Origin: Gammaproteobacteria bacterium
GTDB lineage: Bacteria; Pseudomonadota; Gammaproteobacteria; Steroidobacterales; Foliamicaceae
Assembly: GCA_009844425.1 (NCBI GenBank)
Contig: VYBN01000034.1
Location: 55,301 to 119,300 of the forward strand
Direction: 5' to 3'
Length of the DNA: 64,000 nucleotides
Part shown: positions 29,651-38,857 of the stretch, piece by piece
How the letters are laid out: the number at the start of each line of letters is the position of its first letter
Numbering within the stretch: position 1 is the stretch's first letter
The notes under the pieces: model-generated
Seen by the model: only the letters and a program-made list of their open reading frames with translations
Told to the model about the DNA's origin: nothing
The model's database searches: none
Made by a program: the position numbers and the translations under genes

Positions 29651-29757
29651 CCTCGCCCTTTGTTCGCTCCCCTTTCTCGCCGGAGACGCCATCCCTGGCT
29701 CGGTTTCGCTGTCCTGCTTCAACGCTCCTGCGAGAAAGGGGAGCGAACAAAGGGCTT
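29651..29757. repeat. palindromic GGA-core element, copy 1
   Basis: Perfect 26 bp inverted repeat 29655-29680 / 29730-29755 around core GGAGACGCCATCCCTGGCTCGGTTTCGCTGTCCTGCTTCAACGCTCC. Confidence 0.92.
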
Positions 29758-31551
29758 GAGCGGTAGTGCCGGGATGGCGGCGGCGAGCAGCGCTCCGGGT
29801 CCGGCGTGTGCGCTCACTACCGCGCCCAGTTCGGTCACGTAGCTGGACACGAGGTTCGGGACACTTTCCACCAGCAGTTCGTGCAGGCGTTGCCCGGATT
29901 CCGGGCGGTTGGCGTGCGCGACCGCAATCCGCAACGGCTGGCGGGTGGGAAAGCGCTTGAGCACGTAGCGCGCAAAGCGCTTGACCCGGTCGCCCGACCG
30001 GCGCTGCACGCCGCAGGCCTTCACGGTTCCGTTGCGGCCGATGCCGAGCAGGGCGTCCACCTTGAGCAGGTCACTGAGTTGCTTGATGCGCGGCGAGATG
30101 CGTCCGCCGCGCACGCCGTGGGACAGGTCCTCGATCACGCCGAAGGTGCGGGCGGCCTCCAGCAAGGGCGGCAGGGCAGCAATGATCTCGTCCGCGCCGG
30201 CTCCATCCCGCGCCCACTCGGCTGCGTGCTGAACGATGAGGCCATGGCCGATGGAAACGTTGACGCTGTCCAAGACCCGTACTTTCCCGCCGGTCAATTC
30301 CGAAGCCACGCTGCGCGTCACGTCGGCGGTGCCGCTTACCGCGCCGGCCAGCGTGATCCACACGGACTCGGGGAAATGTCCGGCCAGAAATCCCATTGCC
30401 CGTTCCATGTCGCCGCGCGGCGGCGTGGCCGTTTGCGCTCTCTCGCCATGGTCCTCCATCGCCCGCCACAGCCAGTCCGCCGGCAGCCCCAACCCGTCGA
30501 GATAGCCTTGCTCGCCCAGGTGGATGCGCAGTGGCGCTGTCGTGATCCGCAGTTCCCTGACCAGCTCCGCGGGGATGTCCGCGCCGCTGTCGCAACCGAT
30601 GGGAACTCTCGAGCCGTTCAGCAGCGCGAATTGCACGTGCATGTCGTCGGCCTTCTCGCTGCTGACTTCGCCGTGCTCGTGGGCGACGGCAAACACCTCG
30701 TGCGGCGTGTCCGTGTGTATATGCAGGCGCACGATGCGGGCGCCGCCCGCCACGACGATGGAATCACCCAACGGCTGGATTTCCTCGCGTATGCCGGCCG
30801 GCGTCAGGTCCTCGCCGGAGATCATGCACTCGGTGCAATAGCGGAATTCGGACTCCTCGCCCAGATCGTGGGCGTGCGCGGTGCCCGCCAGGGCTCTTGC
30901 CGCGCCGGCAAACTCGCCCGCCTCGGCGCCCCGCCCTGTCCTGACGAGCTGTTCGATGCCGCCCAGCAGCTGCGCCAGGCCGGCGCCGCCGGCATCGACC
31001 ACGCCGGCGCGCCGAAGCACTTCGAGCTGTTCCGGGGTTTTCTGCACCGCGTCGTCGGCCGCTTCCCGAGCGGCCGACAGGAGGGCGGTGAGCTCGCCCT
31101 CCGGCGAAACGTCAAGCGCGCCAATGCCGACCGCGCTCATCACGCTCAGGATGGTCCCCTCGCGTGGATTGCTCAGGCCGTTGCGGGCGGACTCGGCCGC
31201 CGCCTTCAGCCCCAGCGCGACGTCGCGCGTATCCAGGCGCGCCTTGTCCTCCCAGGCCTCGGCCAGTCCGTGCAGGAACTGCGCCAGTATCACTCCGGAA
31301 TTCCCCCGCGCGCCGTATAACGCTCCCCTGGCCGCGGCATGGGCCACCTCGCCGGCGCTCCGCGACGGTGACTCGGCCAGCGCAAGGATCACGGCCTGCG
31401 CCGTATGCGCCATATTCAGGCCGGTGTCGCCGTCCGCCACCGGAAACACGTTGATACGGTCCAGCTCCTCCCGGCTGTTCTGAAGCTGCAGCATGCCGGC
31501 GGTGATGGCTCGCGCCAGACGCCGGCCGTCGAGGTAGTGAATGCCTTTCAT
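29719..31551 (-). CDS. DAK2 (FakA-like) plus DegV (FakB-like) fusion protein
   Basis: INVFPVADGDTG, GARGNSG, EGTILSV, VVDAGG, YCTE, HIHT; then DSGAD, GGRI, HAGPG. Confidence 0.88.
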   Translation of the reverse strand: MKGIHYLDGRRLARAITAGMLQLQNSREELDRINVFPVADGDTGLNMAHTAQAVILALAESPSRSAGEVAHAAARGALYGARGNSGVILAQFLHGLAEAWEDKARLDTRDVALGLKAAAESARNGLSNPREGTILSVMSAVGIGALDVSPEGELTALLSAAREAADDAVQKTPEQLEVLRRAGVVDAGGAGLAQLLGGIEQLVRTGRGAEAGEFAGAARALAGTAHAHDLGEESEFRYCTECMISGEDLTPAGIREEIQPLGDSIVVAGGARIVRLHIHTDTPHEVFAVAHEHGEVSSEKADDMHVQFALLNGSRVPIGCDSGADIPAELVRELRITTAPLRIHLGEQGYLDGLGLPADWLWRAMEDHGERAQTATPPRGDMERAMGFLAGHFPESVWITLAGAVSGTADVTRSVASELTGGKVRVLDSVNVSIGHGLIVQHAAEWARDGAGADEIIAALPPLLEAARTFGVIEDLSHGVRGGRISPRIKQLSDLLKVDALLGIGRNGTVKACGVQRRSGDRVKRFARYVLKRFPTRQPLRIAVAHANRPESGQRLHELLVESVPNLVSSYVTELGAVVSAHAGPGALLAAAIPALPLKPFVRSPFSQER

Positions 31552-32195
31552 CGATCCATTGCCAGAAGAACGTTCTTCCCCTGATAGGCCAGAATCACGC
31601 CGTGAGGGGCTATTTCCAGCACCTCCGGTCCGTCCTCCAGGCGTTCGCCCACGCGATAGTTCCGCCCATTGATCTGCACGAAGCTGCGACCGCCTTCCGG
31701 GCCGTAGAAGAGCATCTGCAGTGTGAGTTCCGGCCAGTCCGGCGGCGCCATTTCCAGCGGAAGCTCTTCCGCCGGCAGCAAGATTGGCGTCGCAGGCGCC
31801 GGCTCGGCCGCGGCGGCGGGGACCGGGGCCTCGGGCGAAGGCTGTTCCTTTACGGTCAAAGCGGACGGGCCGCCAGGGGCTGCCGGGCCGAGGCCGCGGG
31901 ACATCTCCAGGCCGTTGATCGTGGCGGGCGCCGTGTCGGGGCGTGTCGCGCCGGCTTCGGTGGCCGCGGACATGTCGGCGGCGTCGGCCGGAGCGGGGAG
32001 TGGGGCCGGGGATGGAGGAGCTGCCAGACGCCACGCCAGGAAGACGCCGGCAATGATCGGGGCGGCCGCGAGCACGGCAATCCAGCGCCGCCGCCTGCCG
32101 CTCCGATGTGCGGGAGGAGGATGGGCGTACACCGGCCGGGCGAATCGGGACCGCCGCTTCTCGGAAAGCTTGAGTGCGTCGAGGACGAAAGACAT
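31548..32195 (-). CDS. gspB: GspB/ExeB-like protein
   Basis: MSFVLDALKLSE, TM, Pro/Ala linker, FVQING..YRVGE, EIAPHGVIL. Confidence 0.8.
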   Translation of the reverse strand: MSFVLDALKLSEKRRSRFARPVYAHPPPAHRSGRRRRWIAVLAAAPIIAGVFLAWRLAAPPSPAPLPAPADAADMSAATEAGATRPDTAPATINGLEMSRGLGPAAPGGPSALTVKEQPSPEAPVPAAAAEPAPATPILLPAEELPLEMAPPDWPELTLQMLFYGPEGGRSFVQINGRNYRVGERLEDGPEVLEIAPHGVILAYQGKNVLLAMDR

Positions 32196-32199
32196 CGGA

Positions 32200-33051
32200 T
32201 CAGCCGGTCGCGCCGCTCCAGAGCGCCCCTGCCGGTGCGCCCTGGCGCCCGTAAATCTCGCGCGCCGCCAGCCGCACCAGCTGCGGACCGATGTCATGCT
32301 CCTTGCGAACGAAAGCCCCCAGCAGAGCGCGGTCGGCCACGACGTTGATGATCCTGGGAATTCCGCGGGATATCCGGTGCAAGCGGCGTCTTGCGCGGGC
32401 ATTGAATACCTCACGGCTTGAACCGGCCACCTTCAGCCGATGCCGGAGGTACTCGCCGGTTTCCGCGCGCGACAGCGGCCCCAGGTGGCAGCGCGCCGTG
32501 ATGCGTTGCGCCAGTTGTCGCAGGTCCCGCCTCGCCAGCGTTTCGTGCAACTCCGGCTGGCCCACCAGCACGATGCCCAGCAACTTGTGCCGGGCGGTCT
32601 CGAGATTGGTCAGCCGCCGCACCTGCTCCAGCAGGTCCGCGCCCAGCGCCTGGGCCTCGTCCACGATCAGTATCGTCCGCCTTCCGGCGGCATAGGTTCG
32701 CAGCAGCTTGCGATTCAGCGCCGCGCCCAGGGAGGAGGGATTCTCCGCCCAGCGGGGCGTGCGCATTCGCAATTCACGGCAGATGGTTTGCAGAAACTCG
32801 ATGCGGGTAGCGGGCGGATCCAGCACGATCGCGGTGTCGGTCCGTTCCGGCAGGCGTTCCAGCAGGCACCGGACCAGCATCGTCTTGCCGGTACCCACCT
32901 CACCGGTCAGTTGGGTGAAGCCGCCGTTTTCCCGGACCCCGTACAACAGGTGGGCGAGGGCCTCGGCGTGGCGCGCGCTCAGGTACAGGTAGCGCGGGTC
33001 GGGCGTAATGCTGAAAGGCCTTTCGCTCAAGCCGTGAAATTGCTCGTACAT
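32200..33051 (-). CDS. gspA: ExeA/GspA family ATPase (short form)
   Basis: PFSITPDPRYLY, GEVGTGKT, DEAQ, LVGQPEL, GIPRIIN. Confidence 0.88.
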   Translation of the reverse strand: MYEQFHGLSERPFSITPDPRYLYLSARHAEALAHLLYGVRENGGFTQLTGEVGTGKTMLVRCLLERLPERTDTAIVLDPPATRIEFLQTICRELRMRTPRWAENPSSLGAALNRKLLRTYAAGRRTILIVDEAQALGADLLEQVRRLTNLETARHKLLGIVLVGQPELHETLARRDLRQLAQRITARCHLGPLSRAETGEYLRHRLKVAGSSREVFNARARRRLHRISRGIPRIINVVADRALLGAFVRKEHDIGPQLVRLAAREIYGRQGAPAGALWSGATG

Positions 33052-33086
33052 GGCCCCCAGGATCCGCCTTGGTGTTCCTCTTCGCG

Positions 33087-33989
33087 TTATTTCATTGTAG
33101 AGGCGGAGTGCGTGCCGCGCATGAAGCCGATCAGCCACTGCAGTCCGCCCGCCCGATCCCCGAAAACCCCGCATGCGGTGCGCATGATCGCCGTCAACTC
33201 CCCAATCCGTTCCTGCGCCGCCTGCGTCCCGAATCGCTGCACCCAGGAAGGCAGGTTTGCTCCGCCGCCTTGCGGCTGCTGCCGCCGATCGATATCCCGA
33301 TCCGCCAGGTCGTCGCGTATCTGGAACGCCAGGCCGAGGGCGTCGGCGAACACTTCCAGCGAATGCCTCTGGCGCACCGCCAGATCGGGGCGCACGCAAG
33401 CCGGCGCCAGCGCCGCGGCGCGGAAAAGAGCTCCGGTCTTGGTTCGATACGCGTGTTCCAGTTCCGCTACATCGGGTCGCTCGCCGCCGTTCAGGTCCAG
33501 GTCCTGCCCGCCCGCCATGCCCGCCGAACCGGCGCATTCCGTCAGGAGCTCGATCAGGCGCACCCGGGCGCCATCGTGGCCGTTCAGCGAGGAGTGGGTT
33601 GCCAGGACCTGCCAGGCCAGGGTCTGCAGCGCGTCGCCGACCAGCAGCGCGGTGTCCTCGCCGTACATCTTGTGAATGCTGGGCTTGCCGCGCCGGAAGT
33701 CGTCGTCGTCCATGCAGGGCATGTCGTCGTGCACCAGCGAGTAGCAATGAATCAGTTCGATTGCGGCGGCCGGCGCATCGACGAGCGAGTCCGGGACGCC
33801 GGCCGCTTCGGCGGCCGCATAGCAGACCAGCGGCCTCAGGCGCTTTCCGCCGCGCATGACCGCTTCGCGCATTGCGCCGTGTAATCGCATGGGCGTCGTC
33901 GCCGCGCTCGGCAGCACGCGCTCGAGCAAGGCGTTGACGCGAGCCTGGTAGCCGGCCCGCCTGTGTTCAAAGTGCTCGCTTGAGTCCAT
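33087..33989 (-). CDS. ispA: farnesyl diphosphate synthase / geranyltranstransferase
   Basis: GGKRLRP, HDDMPCMDDDDFRRG, GQDLD, KT, FQIRDD. Confidence 0.9.
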   Translation of the reverse strand: MDSSEHFEHRRAGYQARVNALLERVLPSAATTPMRLHGAMREAVMRGGKRLRPLVCYAAAEAAGVPDSLVDAPAAAIELIHCYSLVHDDMPCMDDDDFRRGKPSIHKMYGEDTALLVGDALQTLAWQVLATHSSLNGHDGARVRLIELLTECAGSAGMAGGQDLDLNGGERPDVAELEHAYRTKTGALFRAAALAPACVRPDLAVRQRHSLEVFADALGLAFQIRDDLADRDIDRRQQPQGGGANLPSWVQRFGTQAAQERIGELTAIMRTACGVFGDRAGGLQWLIGFMRGTHSASTMK

Positions 33990-34141
33990 GCTGGCGTCGG
34001 GTGATCATGTCGCGCGCTGCCCGCCGCTACGGGGCGGCTGCTGAGGAAGGAAGGAATTTTATGTCGCGCCCGCCCGGTGTTCTCCTAAAATCCCGCAAGG
34101 AGATTCTCGGCCGAGGTAGCGCCGTGTCAAGCGAGGACGTC

Positions 34142-35110
34142 ATGCAGGGCAGCGCCATCGCGCACCCCAACGTAGCGCTGGTGAAATACTGGGGCAAGCG
34201 GCCGGCCCGCGGCAACCTGCCGGCCATGGGGTCGCTGTCGCTGACGCTGGGGTTCCTGGCGACCCGCACGACGGTGCGCTTTGACCCGGCCGGGGGTCGG
34301 GACGCGCTGACGCTGAACGGCTGCCGAAACTCCAGGGACCTCAAACGGATGCAGGACTGCCTTGCGCCCCTGCGCCAACGGGCCGCCGAGTCCGGGTCCG
34401 CGACGGTGGAATCGCGCAACGATTTTCCTACCGGCGCGGGCCTGGCTTCGTCCGCCTCCGGGATGGCGGCGCTGGCCCTGGCCGGCGCATCGGCGCTTGG
34501 CCTGGCCGAAGAACTTGACCTCGTCGGGCGGTCGGCAATGGCGGGTTCGGGGTCCGCGCCCCGCTCGCTGCATGCCGGAGTCGTGTTGCTGTCGATCGAT
34601 CGGGAGGGAAGCTGGTCCTGCAAGTCACTGCTTGCGCCGGAGGAATGGCCGCTTAAGGTGGTTGTGGCGGTTACGCAAACCGGGCTCAAGCAAACGGACT
34701 CCCGCTCGGGCATGGAGCTCACCCGGCGCACGTCGCCCTTCTACAAGGCCTGGCTCAAAAGCCAGAAGGGCGACCTTGAGGATGCCCGCCGCGCCGTGGC
34801 GCTTCGTGATTTCGGACGTCTTGCCGAATTGTCCGAAGGCAATTGCCTGAGAATGCATGCCACCGCCATGGGCGCTTCGCCACACCTGATGTATTTCAAT
34901 GGCGCCACCATCGAGTGCATGCACCGGGTCAAGGCCCTGGCGCGCGACGGCCGGCCGGTGTTCTTTACCGTGGACGCGGGACCGCAGGTCAAGGCGGTCT
35001 GTCTCCCGGACGTGCTCGATGAAGTATGCGATGCGCTGGGCCAGGTGCCCGGAGTGCATCAGGTGCTTAGCGGCGATCTGGGCGGCGGAGCGCGGCTCGT
35101 CCCGGGTTAG
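34142..35110 (+). CDS. mvaD: diphosphomevalonate decarboxylase
   Basis: NVALVKYWGK, PTGAGLASSASG, SGSA, SRSGM, DAGPQVK. Confidence 0.92.
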   Translation: MQGSAIAHPNVALVKYWGKRPARGNLPAMGSLSLTLGFLATRTTVRFDPAGGRDALTLNGCRNSRDLKRMQDCLAPLRQRAAESGSATVESRNDFPTGAGLASSASGMAALALAGASALGLAEELDLVGRSAMAGSGSAPRSLHAGVVLLSIDREGSWSCKSLLAPEEWPLKVVVAVTQTGLKQTDSRSGMELTRRTSPFYKAWLKSQKGDLEDARRAVALRDFGRLAELSEGNCLRMHATAMGASPHLMYFNGATIECMHRVKALARDGRPVFFTVDAGPQVKAVCLPDVLDEVCDALGQVPGVHQVLSGDLGGGARLVPG

Positions 35111-35119
35111 CTGGCCTCG

Positions 35120-36073
35120 ATGCCGGTATCCAGGATCCAGGCCCGGGCCCCGGGCAAGCTGTTTCTTTCCGGCGAGTACGCGGTTCTGCTGGATGCGCCG
35201 GCCGTGGCCTGCGCCGTTGGCAGGCATGTCAATGCGCGCTTTCTGTCTGGCGATACCGCCGAGGATCCCGAAGCCGCGCGCTGGCGGCAGGCGGCCGGCG
35301 AGATACTGCTCCGGCACGGTCTGGATCCGGCGCCGGCCGGCCGGCCGCTTGAGATCGACAGCAAGGCGCTGTACTCGGACGGCGAAATCAAACTGGGCTT
35401 CGGATCCAGCGCCGCCGTGGCCGTGGCGGTAAGCGGATTGCTGCTTGCTGCGCAGGACGGGGGCCGCCGGTCTCCCACCGTCGACCGGCTGCGCCTCGCC
35501 GATGACCTGCACAGGGCGCTTCAGGGCCCGGGAGGGAGCGGCGTTGACGTGGCGGCGAGCCTGCACGGCGGAGTGATTGCGGCAGAGGGTGATCGGGTTG
35601 ACAGCCTTCACTGGCCCCAAGGCCTTCATTGCGAGGTGATCTTCACCGGCCGCGATGCGGACACCGCCCATGCCATCGGGCGATTCCGAGAGGCGCTGCA
35701 GGGCGGGAAGGGCGCGCACTTCAGGGCGCTGTGCGCCGCCGCGGAATCGGCCCGGCGGGCCTGGAATCGAAGCCCGGAAGCGATCGTCGCGGCGGTGCAG
35801 GAATACGCGGCGGCCTGGCGGAAACTGGATCGCTCGGCCGGGCTGGGCGTATACAGCCGCGAGCATCTGCGATTGGAAAGTCTGGCGCGCGCGGCCGACT
35901 GCGTGTACAAGCCGTCCGGGTCCGGCGGCGGCGACTGCGGGCTGGCCTTCTCGACCGACCGGGGGAAACTGCTCGCCTTGCGCGAGACCGTCCGGGAAGC
36001 GGGGTTCCCGCCGCTGGCGGTCGATCTCGGCGTGGAGGGCTTGCGGGTCCGCCGTCAGTCCGACCGCGCGTAG
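35120..36073 (+). CDS. phosphomevalonate kinase-like GHMP kinase
   Basis: APGKLFLSGEYAVL, KLGFGSSAA, SGVDVAAS, KPSGSGGGD; operonic with mvaD. Confidence 0.82.
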   Translation: MPVSRIQARAPGKLFLSGEYAVLLDAPAVACAVGRHVNARFLSGDTAEDPEAARWRQAAGEILLRHGLDPAPAGRPLEIDSKALYSDGEIKLGFGSSAAVAVAVSGLLLAAQDGGRRSPTVDRLRLADDLHRALQGPGGSGVDVAASLHGGVIAAEGDRVDSLHWPQGLHCEVIFTGRDADTAHAIGRFREALQGGKGAHFRALCAAAESARRAWNRSPEAIVAAVQEYAAAWRKLDRSAGLGVYSREHLRLESLARAADCVYKPSGSGGGDCGLAFSTDRGKLLALRETVREAGFPPLAVDLGVEGLRVRRQSDRA

Positions 36074-36084
36074 CGCTTCACGCC

Positions 36085-36609
36085 CTAGTTCGTCACCTCA
36101 ACCGTAATGACTTCGGACATTACCGGCGGCTCGTGCGGGATGTGCAGGTCGTCGCCCAGCAGCAACTGCAGCGTATAGGTGCCGGGCGCCAGTGACAGCT
36201 CCACGTTGGTCTGGGCCAGGCCGAAGTGCATGTGGGCGTCGTCGGTGATGATCGGCAGGTCCATGCGCGGTAATGGGGTGTTCACCAGCAGGTGATGATG
36301 TCCGGTGTTCTCCCCGATCTCTCCGGCGGGCAGCAACTTCATGCCCTCCAGCCCGAACTCCACCGTGAAGGGGGAAGTCAGCCCGGCGCCGTCCCCGGGG
36401 GAGACGAACCATACGCGCGCGCCTTCGGGCGAGGGCTTGCGCGGAGGCAGCGCGACTTCAGGCGCAGGCGCGCTCGCCGCATCCGCGTCCGGCGCGGCCT
36501 CTTCCGGCGGCTCGGGGCTTCCGCAGGAAACCATAAGCGCCGCGGCCAGCAGCATTGCGAAAGTGGTTCTGTTCATGGACAAAGCGATTGTCCTGGATAA
36601 ATCGATCAT
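36085..36609 (-). CDS. DUF4399 family lipoprotein
   Basis: Lipobox MVSC, GHHHLL, HFGLAQT, LQLLLGD..HIPH. Start uncertain. Confidence 0.75.
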   Translation of the reverse strand: MIDLSRTIALSMNRTTFAMLLAAALMVSCGSPEPPEEAAPDADAASAPAPEVALPPRKPSPEGARVWFVSPGDGAGLTSPFTVEFGLEGMKLLPAGEIGENTGHHHLLVNTPLPRMDLPIITDDAHMHFGLAQTNVELSLAPGTYTLQLLLGDDLHIPHEPPVMSEVITVEVTN

Positions 36610-36635
36610 AGCCTGACCTCCCGGGCCATGGTTCA

Positions 36636-37616
36636 CTACAACATCAGATCGCTTGCCGCCGCCCGCTCGTCAAGCAATTCCTCGCCCGTGATGCGAATTT
36701 TCTCCTGCGAGAAATCGTCCAGGTCCAATCCCCGCACGATTTCCCAGTCGCCTTCCTCGCAGCGAACGGGATAGGAGAAGAACACCCCTTCGGGCGAACC
36801 GTAACTGCCGTCGCCGGGCACCGCCATGCTTACCCAGTCGCCCTCAGGCGTGCCGTGCGCCCAGTCGCGCATGTGCTCGATGGCGGCGTTGGCGGCCGAG
36901 GCGGCGCTGGACGTGCCGCGCGCCTTGATTACACTGGCGCCCCGCTGCTGCACGGTGGTGATGAATTCACCCCGCGCCCAGTCCCTGTCGACGAGTTCTG
37001 CAGCCGCCTTGCCGTCCACGGTCGCCTGCGACAGGTCCGGATACTGGGTGGCGGAATGGTTGCCCCAGATGGTCATGCGCCTGACGGTGCTGACGTGGTG
37101 GCCCGTGCGCGCCGCCAGTTGCGCGCAGGCGCGGTTGTGGTCCAGTCGGGTCATGGCCGAAAAATTGCGCGGATTCATGTCCGGTGCGTTCGACGACGCG
37201 ATCAGAGCGTTGGTGTTGGCGGGGTTGCCCACCACCAGCACCCTGGCGTGCTCGTCGGCATGCTCGTTGAGCGCCGCCCCCTGCCGCGAGAAGATGCGCG
37301 CGTTCTCGGTCAGGAGGTCGGAGCGCTCCATGCCGGGTCCACGTGGCTTTGCGCCGACGAGGAAAACATAGTCGGCGCCGCGGAAACCCTCCTCCAGGCG
37401 GTCCGTGGCGATCACCGCCTCAAGCGAGCCGAAGGCGCAGTCTTCGAGCTCCATCGCGACGCCCTCGAGCGCCTGCATTGCGGGAGCGATTTCGATCAGC
37501 CGTAACGTGATCGACTGGCCATGGCCAAGGAGTTGTCCCGAAGCGATGCGGAACGCGAGCTGGTAGCCGATCTGACCGGCCGCCCCGGTGATGGCGATCT
37601 GCGTGGATGCTGACAT
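36636..37616 (-). CDS. mdh: malate dehydrogenase
   Basis: [35 protein letters not shown]. Confidence 0.96.
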   Translation of the reverse strand: MSASTQIAITGAAGQIGYQLAFRIASGQLLGHGQSITLRLIEIAPAMQALEGVAMELEDCAFGSLEAVIATDRLEEGFRGADYVFLVGAKPRGPGMERSDLLTENARIFSRQGAALNEHADEHARVLVVGNPANTNALIASSNAPDMNPRNFSAMTRLDHNRACAQLAARTGHHVSTVRRMTIWGNHSATQYPDLSQATVDGKAAAELVDRDWARGEFITTVQQRGASVIKARGTSSAASAANAAIEHMRDWAHGTPEGDWVSMAVPGDGSYGSPEGVFFSYPVRCEEGDWEIVRGLDLDDFSQEKIRITGEELLDERAAASDLML

Positions 37617-37755
37617 TTCTCTAAGGCTTCAGTCGGAGGACGGGCATTGTATCGCCGACGCATCCATTTGGGGGTCGGGCGGCATCTATGTAGCGAGTTT
37701 GGAGCAAGGGTGAAGCCTTGAACAGAGGCCACCGTCGACACAGAGGAGCACAGCG

Positions 37756-38175
37756 ATGACTTACGGTACGGCATTTTTCTCCGCCCTGGCCTGCGCGTTC
37801 GCCCTTGCCGCGAGTCCGGCGGGCGCCGGGGTGGCTTCGGACGCCGGAACGGCAATGGGAACGGAACGGATCTCAAGCGACGAGATCGGGGAACTGAAGG
37901 AACTGCTGGTCGCCCACGGGATACCCCCGGCGCGCCACCTGGCCGCGGAAATCAGCCGGGAAATAACCGGGAGCAATCGCGAGGCTGCAACGGCGGCGCT
38001 GTTCCGCCCGCCCGTCGTGCATGCGCCGGGAGCCGCGCCGGCGCCCACCGCGGTCGCACAGGCCGGAAAAGCCGGAGGCGCCGAGCCCGCCCGTGCAGAT
38101 ACGCCGCGCGGTACCCAATCGCCTGTTCGCAACTTGCTGCGAAGGGTCCTGCGCTTCCTGAATTTTTCGAACTAG
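37756..38175 (+). CDS. hypothetical secreted protein
   Basis: RBS GAGGAG and a signal-peptide-like N-terminus; no recognisable family. Confidence 0.5.
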   Translation: MTYGTAFFSALACAFALAASPAGAGVASDAGTAMGTERISSDEIGELKELLVAHGIPPARHLAAEISREITGSNREAATAALFRPPVVHAPGAAPAPTAVAQAGKAGGAEPARADTPRGTQSPVRNLLRRVLRFLNFSN

Positions 38176-38178
38176 AAG

Positions 38179-38212
38179 GCGAGGCGCCCCGAGGGACGTG
38201 ACGCGCCCTCGC
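38179..38212. terminator. hairpin between convergent genes
   Basis: GCGAGGCGC ... GCGCCCTCGC stem; no clear U tract. Confidence 0.35.
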
Positions 38213-38233
38213 TCCCGTGTGTTCCGGGCTGGC

Positions 38234-38584
38234 TCAGTCGTCGCTCTGGTTGATTTCGTTCCACAGGCGGATCTGCTCGTTCATCTGGTCCGCCAGTTGC
38301 TGCTCACGGTCCACGGAACCGTCATAACGCCTGACAAACAGCTCCCTGCGTTCGTCGGTCCTGGAGTCCTCGTCCAGAGATTCGAAGTCGTCCTCAAGAC
38401 ACTTCCGATAACCTTCCAGCGCAGTCTGGAATTCCCGGAACTCGGCGATCGCGGCCCTGAATTCATCGATAGTCATTTCCTCCGCATTCGGTGTCGTGGG
38501 TTCGTCGGGATAGTCGCACCCGGCCCAGGCTGCTCCGCCTGCCAGAACCAGAGTCATTACGGAAAGTGTGGCGATACGTTGCAT
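38234..38584 (-). CDS. small acidic secreted hypothetical protein
   Basis: RBS AAGGAGG, signal peptide ending AWA, two Cys, helical acidic body. Confidence 0.65.
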   Translation of the reverse strand: MQRIATLSVMTLVLAGGAAWAGCDYPDEPTTPNAEEMTIDEFRAAIAEFREFQTALEGYRKCLEDDFESLDEDSRTDERRELFVRRYDGSVDREQQLADQMNEQIRLWNEINQSDD

Positions 38585-38857
38585 TGTTTCCTCCTTCGGA
38601 CTACCCGCTTTTGCGGCGGGCCGCGCAGCACTGCCTATGCGCCGATGTGCCACCAGCGGGCCGCTGGCCGGCCCATTATGCCCGAAGCCCGGGCGCCGCA
38701 AGCCTGACACGACACCGGTCCCGGTGCGCTTACAATTGGCAGCCGCACAGCGCCGCCATCGCGTGGATTCACCGACAGGTCACCCCTCGAAATGCAACCT
38801 CTTCGTACCAGCGCGGCGTCCTTCCGGTAGGTCCGTCTCACGGAGCGCGAAGCGCCC

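Noticed and set aside
31552-33747. N-terminal extensions in the ORF track for the DAK2-DegV and GspA genes (similar for glnA and ptrB)
   Set aside because: They overlap neighbouring genes; downstream starts match the family N-termini.
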